In this document: positions 1 to 8,862 of the stretch, piece by piece
Numbering within the stretch: the first letter of the stretch is position 1
Layout: the number at the start of each line of letters is the position of its first letter
Assembly (NCBI GenBank): GCA_028284775.1
Contig: JANQRB010000167.1
Coordinates: 106-64,105 of the forward strand
Length of the DNA stretch: 64,000 nt
Origin: Candidatus Kapaibacterium sp.
Lineage (GTDB): Bacteria; Bacteroidota; Ignavibacteria; Kapaibacteriales; UBA7675
Direction of reading: 5' to 3'
The notes under the pieces: model-generated
Seen by the model: only the letters and a program-made list of their open reading frames with translations
Told to the model about the DNA's origin: nothing
Databases searched by the model: none
Translations under genes and position numbers: made by a program

Positions 1-1311
1 TTTGCCGTCGGCTCGAACGGCCGTCCGACCATCTGGCGAAGCAATGACGGCGGCGCGAGCTGGGCGCCTGTCTTTGCGGGCAGCGGCGCATCGACGGTGT
101 ATCTGATGGACATCGATTTCACGCCGGAGAATCCATTTGTCGGCTATGCCGTCGGCGGCGATCAGTGGACTGATGAAAACGGTCTGATTGTGCGAACGAC
201 CGATGGCGGCGCCAGCTGGCAGGAGGAACAAAGCGGACGGCCCTATCTGCTTCGCGGCGTCCATTTTCCCGCGGAGACGACCGGCTATGCCTGCGGCTCG
301 GCCGGAACGATGCTCAAGACTATCCGCGAAGCGCTGCCGCTGCCCGAGCCAACCATCGAGATCGCAGAAGAGACAGTGGATTTTCCGGGCCTGAGGCCTG
401 GCGATTCGCAGTCAGGAACCCTAAGAATCTCGCCCGCCAATGCAGCCGGCCTGCGGGTGACCGGCATTGAGTTTAAAGAGGGCGATGCCGCTGACAGGGG
501 GTTTGAATTGACCTCCACTTCGATCGAGCTGCCCGCGGATCTGGCGGCGGGCAGCGAATTGCTGGCCGAAGTCCGTTTCACTGCATCGCTTGAAGGCAGC
601 TTCAGCGCGACCCTTCTTATCACAAGCAATGACGAAGCCACGCCTACGCGCGAAGTTGCGTTGACAGCTACTGTCGAGGCCGAAACGCTGCCTGCTATCG
701 ATATTGACACCGAGCCGATCGCCTTCGACAGGATTGAAACCGGGCAGAGTCAGGAAGTTATTCTCGAAGTGCGTGCCGCCAACGAAGCGGGGCTGTCGAT
801 TACTTCTGTCCAGCTGGATCCCCAGCCCGGCAGCGGGAGTCCCTTTGCCGTGACGCCGGATCAGACGCTGCCCGCCGATCTGGCAGGAGACGATGTGCTC
901 CGGCTGACGATTAGCTTTAGTCCCACCGAGGCGGACAACTATGCCGCCGAACTCGTGATTGTCAGTAATGATGCCCTTGTGCCCGAGCAGCGCATTACCC
1001 TCAATGGGGAAGCCTTTACGACTGTAGCGGTCGCCGCCGGGAAATCACCGGCCGAACTGCGCGCCACCCTCGCCCCGATCCCCGCTGCGGAGCACGTCGA
1101 CCTGCGTCTTCATCTGCCCCAGGCTGCGACAATTCACAGCTCGATTGTCAACATCCTGGGTAAAACCGTTGCACGTAGAAGACCCGACACTCTGCCCCCA
1201 GGTGAACAGCGCATTGCTTTCGATGTCGTGCACCTGGCACCGGGTGTTTATTTCCTTCGCATCGAATATCGCGGCGAAAACATGATGCTGCCTCTTGCTA
1301 TCAGGCGCTAG
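1..1311 (+). CDS. 5'-truncated T9SS cargo protein: YCF48/BNR-type beta-propeller + two choice-of-anchor-D (ASH/Ig-like) domains + C-terminal sorting domain
   Basis: Frame 1 is open from base 1 (FAVGSNGRPTIWRSNDGGASW...). Asp-box motifs SNDGGASW and TTDGGASW, two 'xDF..V..G' Ig-like units, and a CTD (PIPA...VNILG...LAPGVYFLRI). Confidence 0.8.
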   Translation, partial: FAVGSNGRPTIWRSNDGGASWAPVFAGSGASTVYLMDIDFTPENPFVGYAVGGDQWTDENGLIVRTTDGGASWQEEQSGRPYLLRGVHFPAETTGYACGSAGTMLKTIREALPLPEPTIEIAEETVDFPGLRPGDSQSGTLRISPANAAGLRVTGIEFKEGDAADRGFELTSTSIELPADLAAGSELLAEVRFTASLEGSFSATLLITSNDEATPTREVALTATVEAETLPAIDIDTEPIAFDRIETGQSQEVILEVRAANEAGLSITSVQLDPQPGSGSPFAVTPDQTLPADLAGDDVLRLTISFSPTEADNYAAELVIVSNDALVPEQRITLNGEAFTTVAVAAGKSPAELRATLAPIPAAEHVDLRLHLPQAATIHSSIVNILGKTVARRRPDTLPPGEQRIAFDVVHLAPGVYFLRIEYRGENMMLPLAIRR

Positions 1312-1348
1312 ACTCTCAAATGCCCTTATTGTCTTGCGCTTCTCTCAT

Positions 1349-1395
1349 AAGGCGCCGGGTACTTCGCTTCTGCGAGCGTTTGTACCCGGCGCCTT
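1349..1395 (+). terminator. Stem-loop after T9SS gene (probable terminator)
   Basis: 14-bp perfect inverted repeat AAGGCGCCGGGTAC / GTACCCGGCGCCTT with an inner TCGC-TTCT-GCGA hairpin. The U-tract is weak. Confidence 0.55.
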
Positions 1396-1714
1396 CGCTA
1401 TTTGACCGGTTAACTTCCTGGTCTTTTCGTGAGCGGCCACAACGCTTAACTGGTCTCGCCCCTCTTATTGCTACCCTTAGTTAATGAAGACAAAACTGTT
1501 TTCGTAGCCTACCGGCTCTGATAGGCCTAAGCAGGATGTCGCTGACTTTCCATTGTCTCATCTTTAGTGTGTTAACAGTCCTGTCGTGGGTGCTGAATTG
1601 CTTTGCTGGCGAAAGGCGTGGTTCCGGCTTCAGTATTCTCTCTGCTTGAGGAAAAAATCGAATAATGAATCATATGTAGCACGGTAGGCTGATTGCATTC
1701 ATCCGGGAATCAAG

Positions 1715-3127
1715 ATGCTTAGAATTCCTTGGTCGCAGACAAATCCCCAAAAGGGTACTTGCCAGGTGAGCGTATATCCGGTGATTGGGGTGGTAGCGAT
1801 AGTTCTCTTTGGGCTCTGTAACGCTGCGTATGCTTCGGACTGGAGTCTCGGATTTGACAGGTTTGATGCCTTGGAGGAACTCGAACCTGAAACATATGAT
1901 ACCGTAGGGGCTTTCGGCTATGCCAGCTTTGATACCGAGGCGGACTTTGAGTCTGCCAGGTTTGATTCCATAGCGCTTTTCAGGTATACAAAATTTGCTG
2001 CTTTAGTGTCTTTTGCGTATGCAAGCTTCGGTACTTTGGCGTCTTTTGGCCATGCCAGGTTCGGAAGTTTAGCGACTTTTTGGTCAGCCCGTTTTGATTC
2101 CCTGGCGGACTTCAGGAATGCCCGCTTTGATTCCCTGGCGGATTTCAGGCTTGCCAGCTTTGATACCCTGGCATTTTTCCGGAATGCCAGATTTGATAAG
2201 GGGGCGGATTTCGGGGAAGTCAGATTTGCTTCCGAAGCGTATTTCGGGGATGCCGGCTTTGCTTCCGAGTCGAATTTCAGTAGTGTCCGGTTCGAATCGG
2301 TAGCAGACTTTTCCGGTGCTGCCTTTGATTCTGTGGCGAACTTCGGCTATGCCAGCTTTGATTCCTTAACATCTTTCAGGAACACCAGCTTTGGTTCTAT
2401 GGCATCATTTAGGCGCTGTAACTTTCACGGCTACACTGATTTTGATGGAGTGATTCTCCCTGACACTCTCAATTTTTCCGAGATCAAGAATATTAAACAC
2501 GAAATTGATTTAAGCGATGCTGAACTGAGTTCCGCAAAGTCGATTTGCCGGATTAACTTGCTGAGAACTGACATCGCCAAAATAAGAATGAAATATGGAC
2601 GAATGTTTCGACTCTACTTTCCTCCGAATACAAGCTTTGAACGCAAAAGCAATGTTTACCAATCTCTGCTCAGCAAGCTAAACAATGACGGTTTCGCTGA
2701 ATCATACAAGACACTTGACATCGAGTATCGACAAGCTACGTACAGGCACGAAGGCAGTAGTTTTAAAAGTTGGTTCTTAGGCGTATGGTGGAACTATGGC
2801 TACAACAGGGAGTATATTTTTTGGTGGATTGCTGGTCTTGTTGGATTTTTTTCGGCGATTAACATCCTTGCATATAACTACTTCAGAGAGCATGTCTACT
2901 CAGTGAAGTCTCTTGAGAGGCTGCGCGACAATCGTGGATACTTAAAGCCGCAGCAATTGCGTCACCGCATATTCGATGCCATACTATACACCTGCATAAT
3001 ATTTTTCGGTTTCAAGTTTGACCCTGATGGCCTTAAGAACGCTAATCCCTGCTTGGCTTATATTGCACTCGTTTACAGCTCCGGTTTTATCTGCCTCGGT
3101 TATCTGGCGAGCTTCATCCTGAAATAG
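1715..3127 (+). CDS. Pentapeptide-repeat (11-aa A-x-F-x-x-A-x-F type) protein with C-terminal membrane / ion-channel-like domain; true start may be GTG at ~1766
   Basis: About 16 tandem 11-aa units (ADFRNARFDSL), then WWNYGY, a TM helix, a pore-helix-like DAILYTCIIFFG and a final TM helix. Confidence 0.75.
   Translation: MLRIPWSQTNPQKGTCQVSVYPVIGVVAIVLFGLCNAAYASDWSLGFDRFDALEELEPETYDTVGAFGYASFDTEADFESARFDSIALFRYTKFAALVSFAYASFGTLASFGHARFGSLATFWSARFDSLADFRNARFDSLADFRLASFDTLAFFRNARFDKGADFGEVRFASEAYFGDAGFASESNFSSVRFESVADFSGAAFDSVANFGYASFDSLTSFRNTSFGSMASFRRCNFHGYTDFDGVILPDTLNFSEIKNIKHEIDLSDAELSSAKSICRINLLRTDIAKIRMKYGRMFRLYFPPNTSFERKSNVYQSLLSKLNNDGFAESYKTLDIEYRQATYRHEGSSFKSWFLGVWWNYGYNREYIFWWIAGLVGFFSAINILAYNYFREHVYSVKSLERLRDNRGYLKPQQLRHRIFDAILYTCIIFFGFKFDPDGLKNANPCLAYIALVYSSGFICLGYLASFILK
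2087..2218 (+). repeat. 33-bp coding tandem repeat (best-conserved core of the pentapeptide array)
   Basis: gcccgttttgattccctggcggacttcaggaat / gcccgctttgattccctggcggatttcaggctt / gccagctttgataccctggcatttttccggaat / gccagatttgataagggggcggatttcggggaa. Confidence 0.8.
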
Positions 3128-3492
3128 TGAAGGCTTGCCTGTGGTTTTGAAATTAGACCGCTAGAGACGGAAAGTCAGGAAATTGGCGACTTATTCGTTT
3201 ACAGTGATTATTGCCACACGAGTAAACAGAATGGAGGCAATAGCCAATGCAATTCAAGTAGAGTAGATTTCGAATATTGCTGAGTATATGCGGCATTCAG
3301 CGTTTCTCGCCGCAAATGCAATATTCAGACCCTTGCTGCGCGACATCTTGTGCAACAAATCAGATGCCGCAAAGAGCAAGAGATTTACAATTCAACGATG
3401 GGTAAAAAATGTGACCGAAAGCCAATGTGCATATTATTATGTCGTATATTAAGCAAGCCGCCCTTAGCAATATTCACTTGCTGGGATTCACA

Positions 3493-4983
3493 ATGAAATT
3501 CTTAAGTCTGATTTTTATTTTGCTGCTGGCATTCACGTTGGCGTTTACGTATTTGTTTACGGAAGAATTCTCACAAAGCGGCAGCAGGGCGCCGCTTGCT
3601 GGCGGAACATCGTGTACGATGGAGAGCTGGAACCCCGCGATCGATATTCAATCGATTGATAATACCGACATTCTGAGCTTTGTAAGCAATTCATCGCAGC
3701 GCGAAGACAGGTCGGCGCTCGAGGACAGCCTGGTAGTCATCAACTTCGGGTCGGAGCTTAATCACTGCGGTTTGGATTACGCGCCGACGATCAGCCTCGA
3801 CGGCCGGACGCTTTTTTTCGTCTCCAATCGTCCCGGCAGCGTGGAGGATTTCACGGGCGCTTTGTCGCACGATGTTTGGCTCGTGGATCTCTACCGCGGC
3901 TCGCAGCTCAAGCCGGGTACGCCGATAAACTTTCTGGCCCTGCCGGAAGAAAAGCTCGCAAGCGAAACGATCGCAGCGCGACAGCAGCTGCGCCTAAATA
4001 CAAACCATAATGAAGGAACATTTTCGATAGCGCGCGATGGTAAGACCGTATATTTTACCGGTTGCGATCGCATTGACGGTATGGGCGGATGCGACATTTA
4101 CGCCATGAAAATTATCGATGGCAAGTGGGGCAAACCCTATAATCTCGGAGTTCTCATCAATTCGGAGTTCTGGGACTCACAGCCCGCGATAAGCCCCAAC
4201 GGGCGCCGTCTGTATTTCGTATCCAACAGTCCTAAAGACCGCCATTTGCCCCATGCCGAACTTAACACAGAGTCCACGTCAATGAATCTCTGGTACTCCG
4301 ATTTCGACGTTGAATTTGGGGAATGGACGGCAGCGACATACGCCGGACCGGTTATTAACTCCGACCAAGACGACTGGACGCCGTATCTGGTCGACGAACG
4401 GACGCTCATCTTTTCCTCGAACGGCCATCCCGGCAGCCTGGGCGGTTTCGACTTTTATGTCAGCAGGCAGGATGAACACGGCGAGTGGACCGCGCCCGTC
4501 AATCTCGGCGCACCACTGAACTCGCCGGCCAATGATTTCTGCCTGACCCTGTCCCCGGGCCGCGATCTTATGCTGTTTTCATCCACACGGCAGGATATAG
4601 AGGGCGCCCAGGGCGACTTCGATCTCTTCCTCGCCTATAAGACATCATCGACAGCGAGTCGGGATCGCAGAACGACAGACACTATTCCTGCAGCAAACAA
4701 CTGGATGCAGGAACGTGACAATCGCTGGGAACTGCACCAAAATTATCCGAATCCCTGCAGCGGCCTCACTACGATCGGCTATCGTCTGAAAGAGGCAAGC
4801 AAGGTTCAGCTTCAGCTTTTCAGCGGCGACGGCGTTTTACTCATAACACTGCGCGAGGCATATCAGGAAGCAGGCGAACACAAGGTGGACTTCGACACCT
4901 CGCAACTGTCAACGGGTGTGTACTACTACAGCCTGCGCACGGAGTATATGGTGCAGAGCAGGCGGATGCTTGTGCTGCGCTAG
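3493..4983 (+). CDS. T9SS cargo protein with PD40 (TolB-like WD40) repeats
   Basis: Hydrophobic N-terminus MKFLSLIFILLLAF, PD40 motifs (PTISLDGRTLFFVSNRPG, PAISPNGRRLYFVSN, NLGAPLNS), and CTD QNYPNP...LSTGVYYYSL. Confidence 0.8.
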   Translation: MKFLSLIFILLLAFTLAFTYLFTEEFSQSGSRAPLAGGTSCTMESWNPAIDIQSIDNTDILSFVSNSSQREDRSALEDSLVVINFGSELNHCGLDYAPTISLDGRTLFFVSNRPGSVEDFTGALSHDVWLVDLYRGSQLKPGTPINFLALPEEKLASETIAARQQLRLNTNHNEGTFSIARDGKTVYFTGCDRIDGMGGCDIYAMKIIDGKWGKPYNLGVLINSEFWDSQPAISPNGRRLYFVSNSPKDRHLPHAELNTESTSMNLWYSDFDVEFGEWTAATYAGPVINSDQDDWTPYLVDERTLIFSSNGHPGSLGGFDFYVSRQDEHGEWTAPVNLGAPLNSPANDFCLTLSPGRDLMLFSSTRQDIEGAQGDFDLFLAYKTSSTASRDRRTTDTIPAANNWMQERDNRWELHQNYPNPCSGLTTIGYRLKEASKVQLQLFSGDGVLLITLREAYQEAGEHKVDFDTSQLSTGVYYYSLRTEYMVQSRRMLVLR

Positions 4984-5131
4984 TCGATCCCCGCGGAGTA
5001 ATGTGCGGCAGGACCGAAAAGCTCTCCAAGCAGGCTGGATCATGAGACATCGAGCAAGGATTGACAAGCTGATGTTAACATTATCAAAGAAGGACGATGT
5101 ATCGCAACTCCGAATCTGATGGGTTGGACCT

Positions 5132-6136
5132 ATGGGGCAACGCGCAAACTTCGCAATTGTTGAGAATCGTACTTACACGCTGTACTACAGTCACTGGTGT
5201 GCCAATACCATCACCAGAGATTTGTTCTGGGGACCGGATCATGCATTGAGATTCATTCGCGCGCAACGCAAGGTAGATGAGTCCGGCTGGCTCGACAGTG
5301 TCTGGGCCGAAGGCGGAGCTGTCTGTGACCTCGACAATCATGTCTTGCTGCTATTCGGCGGTGAGGACATCCAATACGACGTTCCCTTGCGTCGCGTTTA
5401 TCTCGCAATGCTGCATCGCGCCTGGTCGCCCTGGACAATTCGATGGGCCTATGAAGGCATTGCGGACATCGCTGATTATGTCGGATATCCTCGCGTTAAG
5501 GTATTGAATAAATTCGAAGATGATGAGTTGCGTACTTCCCTCGCTCCACCGCAACAGCGCGAGTGGACCGATATCGTCGCTTCATTCCGATTAGCTGATG
5601 GTAGACTGCGATTCTACCCTCTGGCCGGCTGCCTTGAGTGGTTTCTACTCTCCGGTGCGAATCTTGCAAAGGAGTTTAAGCCTTCGTCCGGTCTCGAGTC
5701 TTTGCCTTTAGATGAATGGCTTGGTGATGATTTTGCAAACGGAGGTTTTCATATTGATACAGGCGCAAAGACTCTTGACTTCTGGGCTGCGGATCCCCTT
5801 CCCGGTATTCCGGATCTGCTGTCGGCATTGTGGACCGGCTGGAAGGTGAATTGGCATCAGGATAACTTTGAAGCTCAATTAAACGCGAGCGAAGGCAGCT
5901 TACGCTTGCCGAATCGAACCGTAGAGGCGCTGCAAAAAAATGTTAAGGACATCCTTCTTCGCAAAGCGCGGCGGAGTTCTGTCGAGGCGATTCAAGATAT
6001 TTCAGCCAGCCTTCGCAGAGAGGGGCAGGACGTGAAAATCAATCCATGGGCGCTGCGCGAGGATAGCCTTGAGCCGACGGTTGAAGAACGGCGCCGGATT
6101 GTTGCCGCGGCAATTGGCAACGACAGCGCGGGCTAG
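5132..6136 (+). CDS. Hypothetical protein (334 aa, Trp-rich, no recognised domain)
   Basis: Long ORF with protein-like composition that fills the gap between genes. No motif could be assigned. Confidence 0.65.
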   Translation: MGQRANFAIVENRTYTLYYSHWCANTITRDLFWGPDHALRFIRAQRKVDESGWLDSVWAEGGAVCDLDNHVLLLFGGEDIQYDVPLRRVYLAMLHRAWSPWTIRWAYEGIADIADYVGYPRVKVLNKFEDDELRTSLAPPQQREWTDIVASFRLADGRLRFYPLAGCLEWFLLSGANLAKEFKPSSGLESLPLDEWLGDDFANGGFHIDTGAKTLDFWAADPLPGIPDLLSALWTGWKVNWHQDNFEAQLNASEGSLRLPNRTVEALQKNVKDILLRKARRSSVEAIQDISASLRREGQDVKINPWALREDSLEPTVEERRRIVAAAIGNDSAG

Positions 6137-6314
6137 ACCCTTAAACGCCGCCGTATAGCTGAAAAAAATTTCGCATCGACTGGATATTACATGCTTGCTT
6201 AGCATGTCATAAGCCGCAGTTTAACGATTTACCGAGTATTGTTTCGCGATTCGGCGAGGCGCTGCTCATCGCATCCCCAGTGGATGGATTCTTTGCCGTC
6301 GGGATGATTGTGAT

Positions 6315-7412
6315 TCAGCGCAAGGCTGCCAGCAGCTGTTGAAAGTCGTCGGGAAGTTCGGAGTCGAACTCCATCATAGCGCCGGTCTTGGGATGTCGAA
6401 AGCCGAGGGTTTTGGCATGGAGGGCCTGCCGTGGCATCATTGCGAGCAGGTTGGCCACCCGTTGCCGGTGATTCCGTGTGCGCGGTCCGTAGAGGGCGGT
6501 TGTGCCGCCATAGGCATGATCGCCGAAGAGAGGGTGATTGAGGTGAGCGCAGTGAACGCGTATCTGGTGTGTTCGGCCCGTCTGCAGGCGCAGACGCAGC
6601 ATTGTTAAGAATTCGAAGCGTTCGACAACTTCGTAATCGGTCAGGGCCGGTTTGCCATCCCGTTTGTGGACCGCCATCAGTTTGCGATTGCGTTGGCTGC
6701 GCCCGATGTTGCCTTCGATGCTGCCTTTGTCGGCGTCGAAATGACCCCAGGCGATTGCGACATATTCGCGTCGCGAAATACGTCGCTCGAATTGGCGAGC
6801 GAGTATGCTGTGCGCATATTCCTGCTTGCTGATGACCATAATACCGGATGTATCCTTATCCAGGCGGTGGACGATGCCGGGCCGGACGGCATCACTCTGA
6901 TAAATCAGAGCTTCATCCTCATCTTCGCGTTCCACCACGCGTCCTTCACGCACTCCCAGATGGTAGAGAAGGGCATTGACGAGCGTTCCGCTGCGATTGC
7001 CGATACCGGGATGGACTACCATCCCCGCCGGCTTGTTAATCACCAGAACGTGATCATCCTCAAAGAGGATGTCCAGCGCTATGTCTTCCGGGATCAGCTC
7101 CAGTGGCGGGCGTCGGCGGACGTGGCAGACAATGCTGTCGCCGGGTTTGATCCTGTAGGAGGCCTTCAGATTTGCCCGCCCGTTAACCAGAACTTCACCT
7201 TCGCTGATGGCGCGTTGAACCTTTGTTCGTGTCGCATTGCGAATCGCATAGGTTAAGTACACATCGAGGCGTTCGGGCTGGGTGCCGGCCGTCAGATTGA
7301 ACTCGCATCGTTCGCGGATGTGATCGGGATAGTGTTCGCTGCTGTCGTCGTCCGATGCTTCGTCGGGCATATCCGGTTGCCGAACGCTGTCCTGCTTGCC
7401 CGTATCTGTCAT
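6315..7412 (-). CDS. rluD: RluA/RluD-family 23S rRNA pseudouridine synthase with S4 domain
   Basis: S4 domain (RLDVYL), NKPAGMVVHPG, catalytic HRLDKDTSG, TGRTHQIRVH and QALHAKTLGFRHP. Confidence 0.9.
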   Translation of the reverse strand: MTDTGKQDSVRQPDMPDEASDDDSSEHYPDHIRERCEFNLTAGTQPERLDVYLTYAIRNATRTKVQRAISEGEVLVNGRANLKASYRIKPGDSIVCHVRRRPPLELIPEDIALDILFEDDHVLVINKPAGMVVHPGIGNRSGTLVNALLYHLGVREGRVVEREDEDEALIYQSDAVRPGIVHRLDKDTSGIMVISKQEYAHSILARQFERRISRREYVAIAWGHFDADKGSIEGNIGRSQRNRKLMAVHKRDGKPALTDYEVVERFEFLTMLRLRLQTGRTHQIRVHCAHLNHPLFGDHAYGGTTALYGPRTRNHRQRVANLLAMMPRQALHAKTLGFRHPKTGAMMEFDSELPDDFQQLLAALR

Positions 7413-7440
7413 GGCAGCCCTTTCCGAATTTCAGGCCGTT

Positions 7441-8136
7441 TTACTTTTGTGTGTCGCGGTCACTCTCTGAAGTCAGATCCCGCTCGCCGGCGGAGAGGTC
7501 CGGGCTGCCTTTGTCCTGCAGCTCCTGTGCCTCGGGCACGGCCTGCTCTTTCGCGGCCGTGGAAGCGCGATCTTCCACTTTATTAAACAAAGGGATATGT
7601 TTGTTGTTAAGTACCAGCAAGACCATGCCGCAGGTGACGCAGGAGTCGGCGACGTTAAACACAGGCCAGGTGGTGAAGTGCTTGCCGAACAGGCTGAAGT
7701 CAAAAAATTCTACTTCGACGAAATCGACGACCTTGCCGTAAAAAAGCGGGGCATAGTCGTAGAAGAAGCCATAAAATACACGATCGATCAAATTGCCCGT
7801 GGCGCCCGCCAGAATCAGCGTCAGGCCGAGCTTGGCCCAGAATGAATCGATTTTTGTTTTATAGAGATACCAGGCCATTGCCACGCTGGCTACAATCGAA
7901 AAAAGGGACAAAAACACTTTAGCTTCGCCGAACTTGATTCCGAAAGCCATCCCGGGATTTTCCACGAAAGTAATCCACAAAAAACTTTCGATGACCGTGA
8001 TGCTTTGACCGAGCTCCATCCCTTCGTGCTTCAGACCCCAGAAGTTGAAGCCCTTGGTTGCCAGCTTCGTTACTTGATCGAGCAGCACCAGCAATAGGGA
8101 GGCGGCTAAGAAATTGCGATTCGGGGAGTGTGCCAT
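7441..8136 (-). CDS. lspA: Lipoprotein signal peptidase II
   Basis: DQVTK, NPGMAFG, GATGNLIDR, VVDF and WPVFNVAD motifs. Lies downstream of ileS. Confidence 0.95.
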   Translation of the reverse strand: MAHSPNRNFLAASLLLVLLDQVTKLATKGFNFWGLKHEGMELGQSITVIESFLWITFVENPGMAFGIKFGEAKVFLSLFSIVASVAMAWYLYKTKIDSFWAKLGLTLILAGATGNLIDRVFYGFFYDYAPLFYGKVVDFVEVEFFDFSLFGKHFTTWPVFNVADSCVTCGMVLLVLNNKHIPLFNKVEDRASTAAKEQAVPEAQELQDKGSPDLSAGERDLTSESDRDTQK

Positions 8137-8216
8137 TGCAAACTATTTGCTACAAAAACGCGGAAATTCCGTCCGGATTCCGCGTCATGGAAAAAATACT
8201 CTTTGGTGGCGTCGTC

Positions 8217-8726
8217 TCAGCCGCGCGCGACAATTCTGTCTTTCCCGTCTTCCGGGCATTTCTTGCGAATCTTATAGGAGGCCGAAAGCGTTGTTATCGG
8301 CACAGCCATCAAACGCTCTTTGGCGATCAGGCAGCCGCAAATCCGACAGATGCCATAAGTCTTATTCTCTATGCGTTCCACCGCATCATCGAGCTTTTTG
8401 ATATAGTCATTAATACGCTGCACCTGGGCGTAAATTTTTTCTTTTTCCTGGGCTTCGGTACCCTGCTCGGCCATATGCATCGAGTAGGAGGCATTTTCGT
8501 CAGCCTGCTCCGAATTTGTCAGATCTTCCAGGTGCTCCTTGAGAATCTGGAACTCTTCGACCGCCTCCTGACGGGCGACGTCGATATTTTTCCGGAACAG
8601 CTCCAGATCTTCGTCACCATAGCGCACAGTCACTTTCGGCCGGGAGTCAAGGGTTTCCTCCGCTGAGACGGCGCTGCTGTCGCTGTTTTCCGCTTTCTTT
8701 ACAGTTTTCTTTGCCATAATCTCCAC
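8217..8726 (-). CDS. TraR/DksA-family zinc-finger protein
   Basis: Coiled coil followed by YGICRICGCLIAKERLMAVP. Fits ileS-dksA-lspA synteny. Confidence 0.85.
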   Translation of the reverse strand: MEIMAKKTVKKAENSDSSAVSAEETLDSRPKVTVRYGDEDLELFRKNIDVARQEAVEEFQILKEHLEDLTNSEQADENASYSMHMAEQGTEAQEKEKIYAQVQRINDYIKKLDDAVERIENKTYGICRICGCLIAKERLMAVPITTLSASYKIRKKCPEDGKDRIVARG

Positions 8727-8862
8727 TGCTTCCGGTACAACAGTACAATTTCACATCATTCGTAAACATTCGGTCAGGGAAGGGATCCCGCGCTGCCGGT
8801 ATCAATCCCATTGTCGGGAACGGACAGCGCCGTAGCGTCCCTTACACCTGGCATATCCGTAC

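Noticed and set aside
3272-3326. Hairpin GAATATTGC...GCAATATTC upstream of the PD40 gene
   Set aside because: The stems are short with large internal loops, and no RNA family is recognisable.
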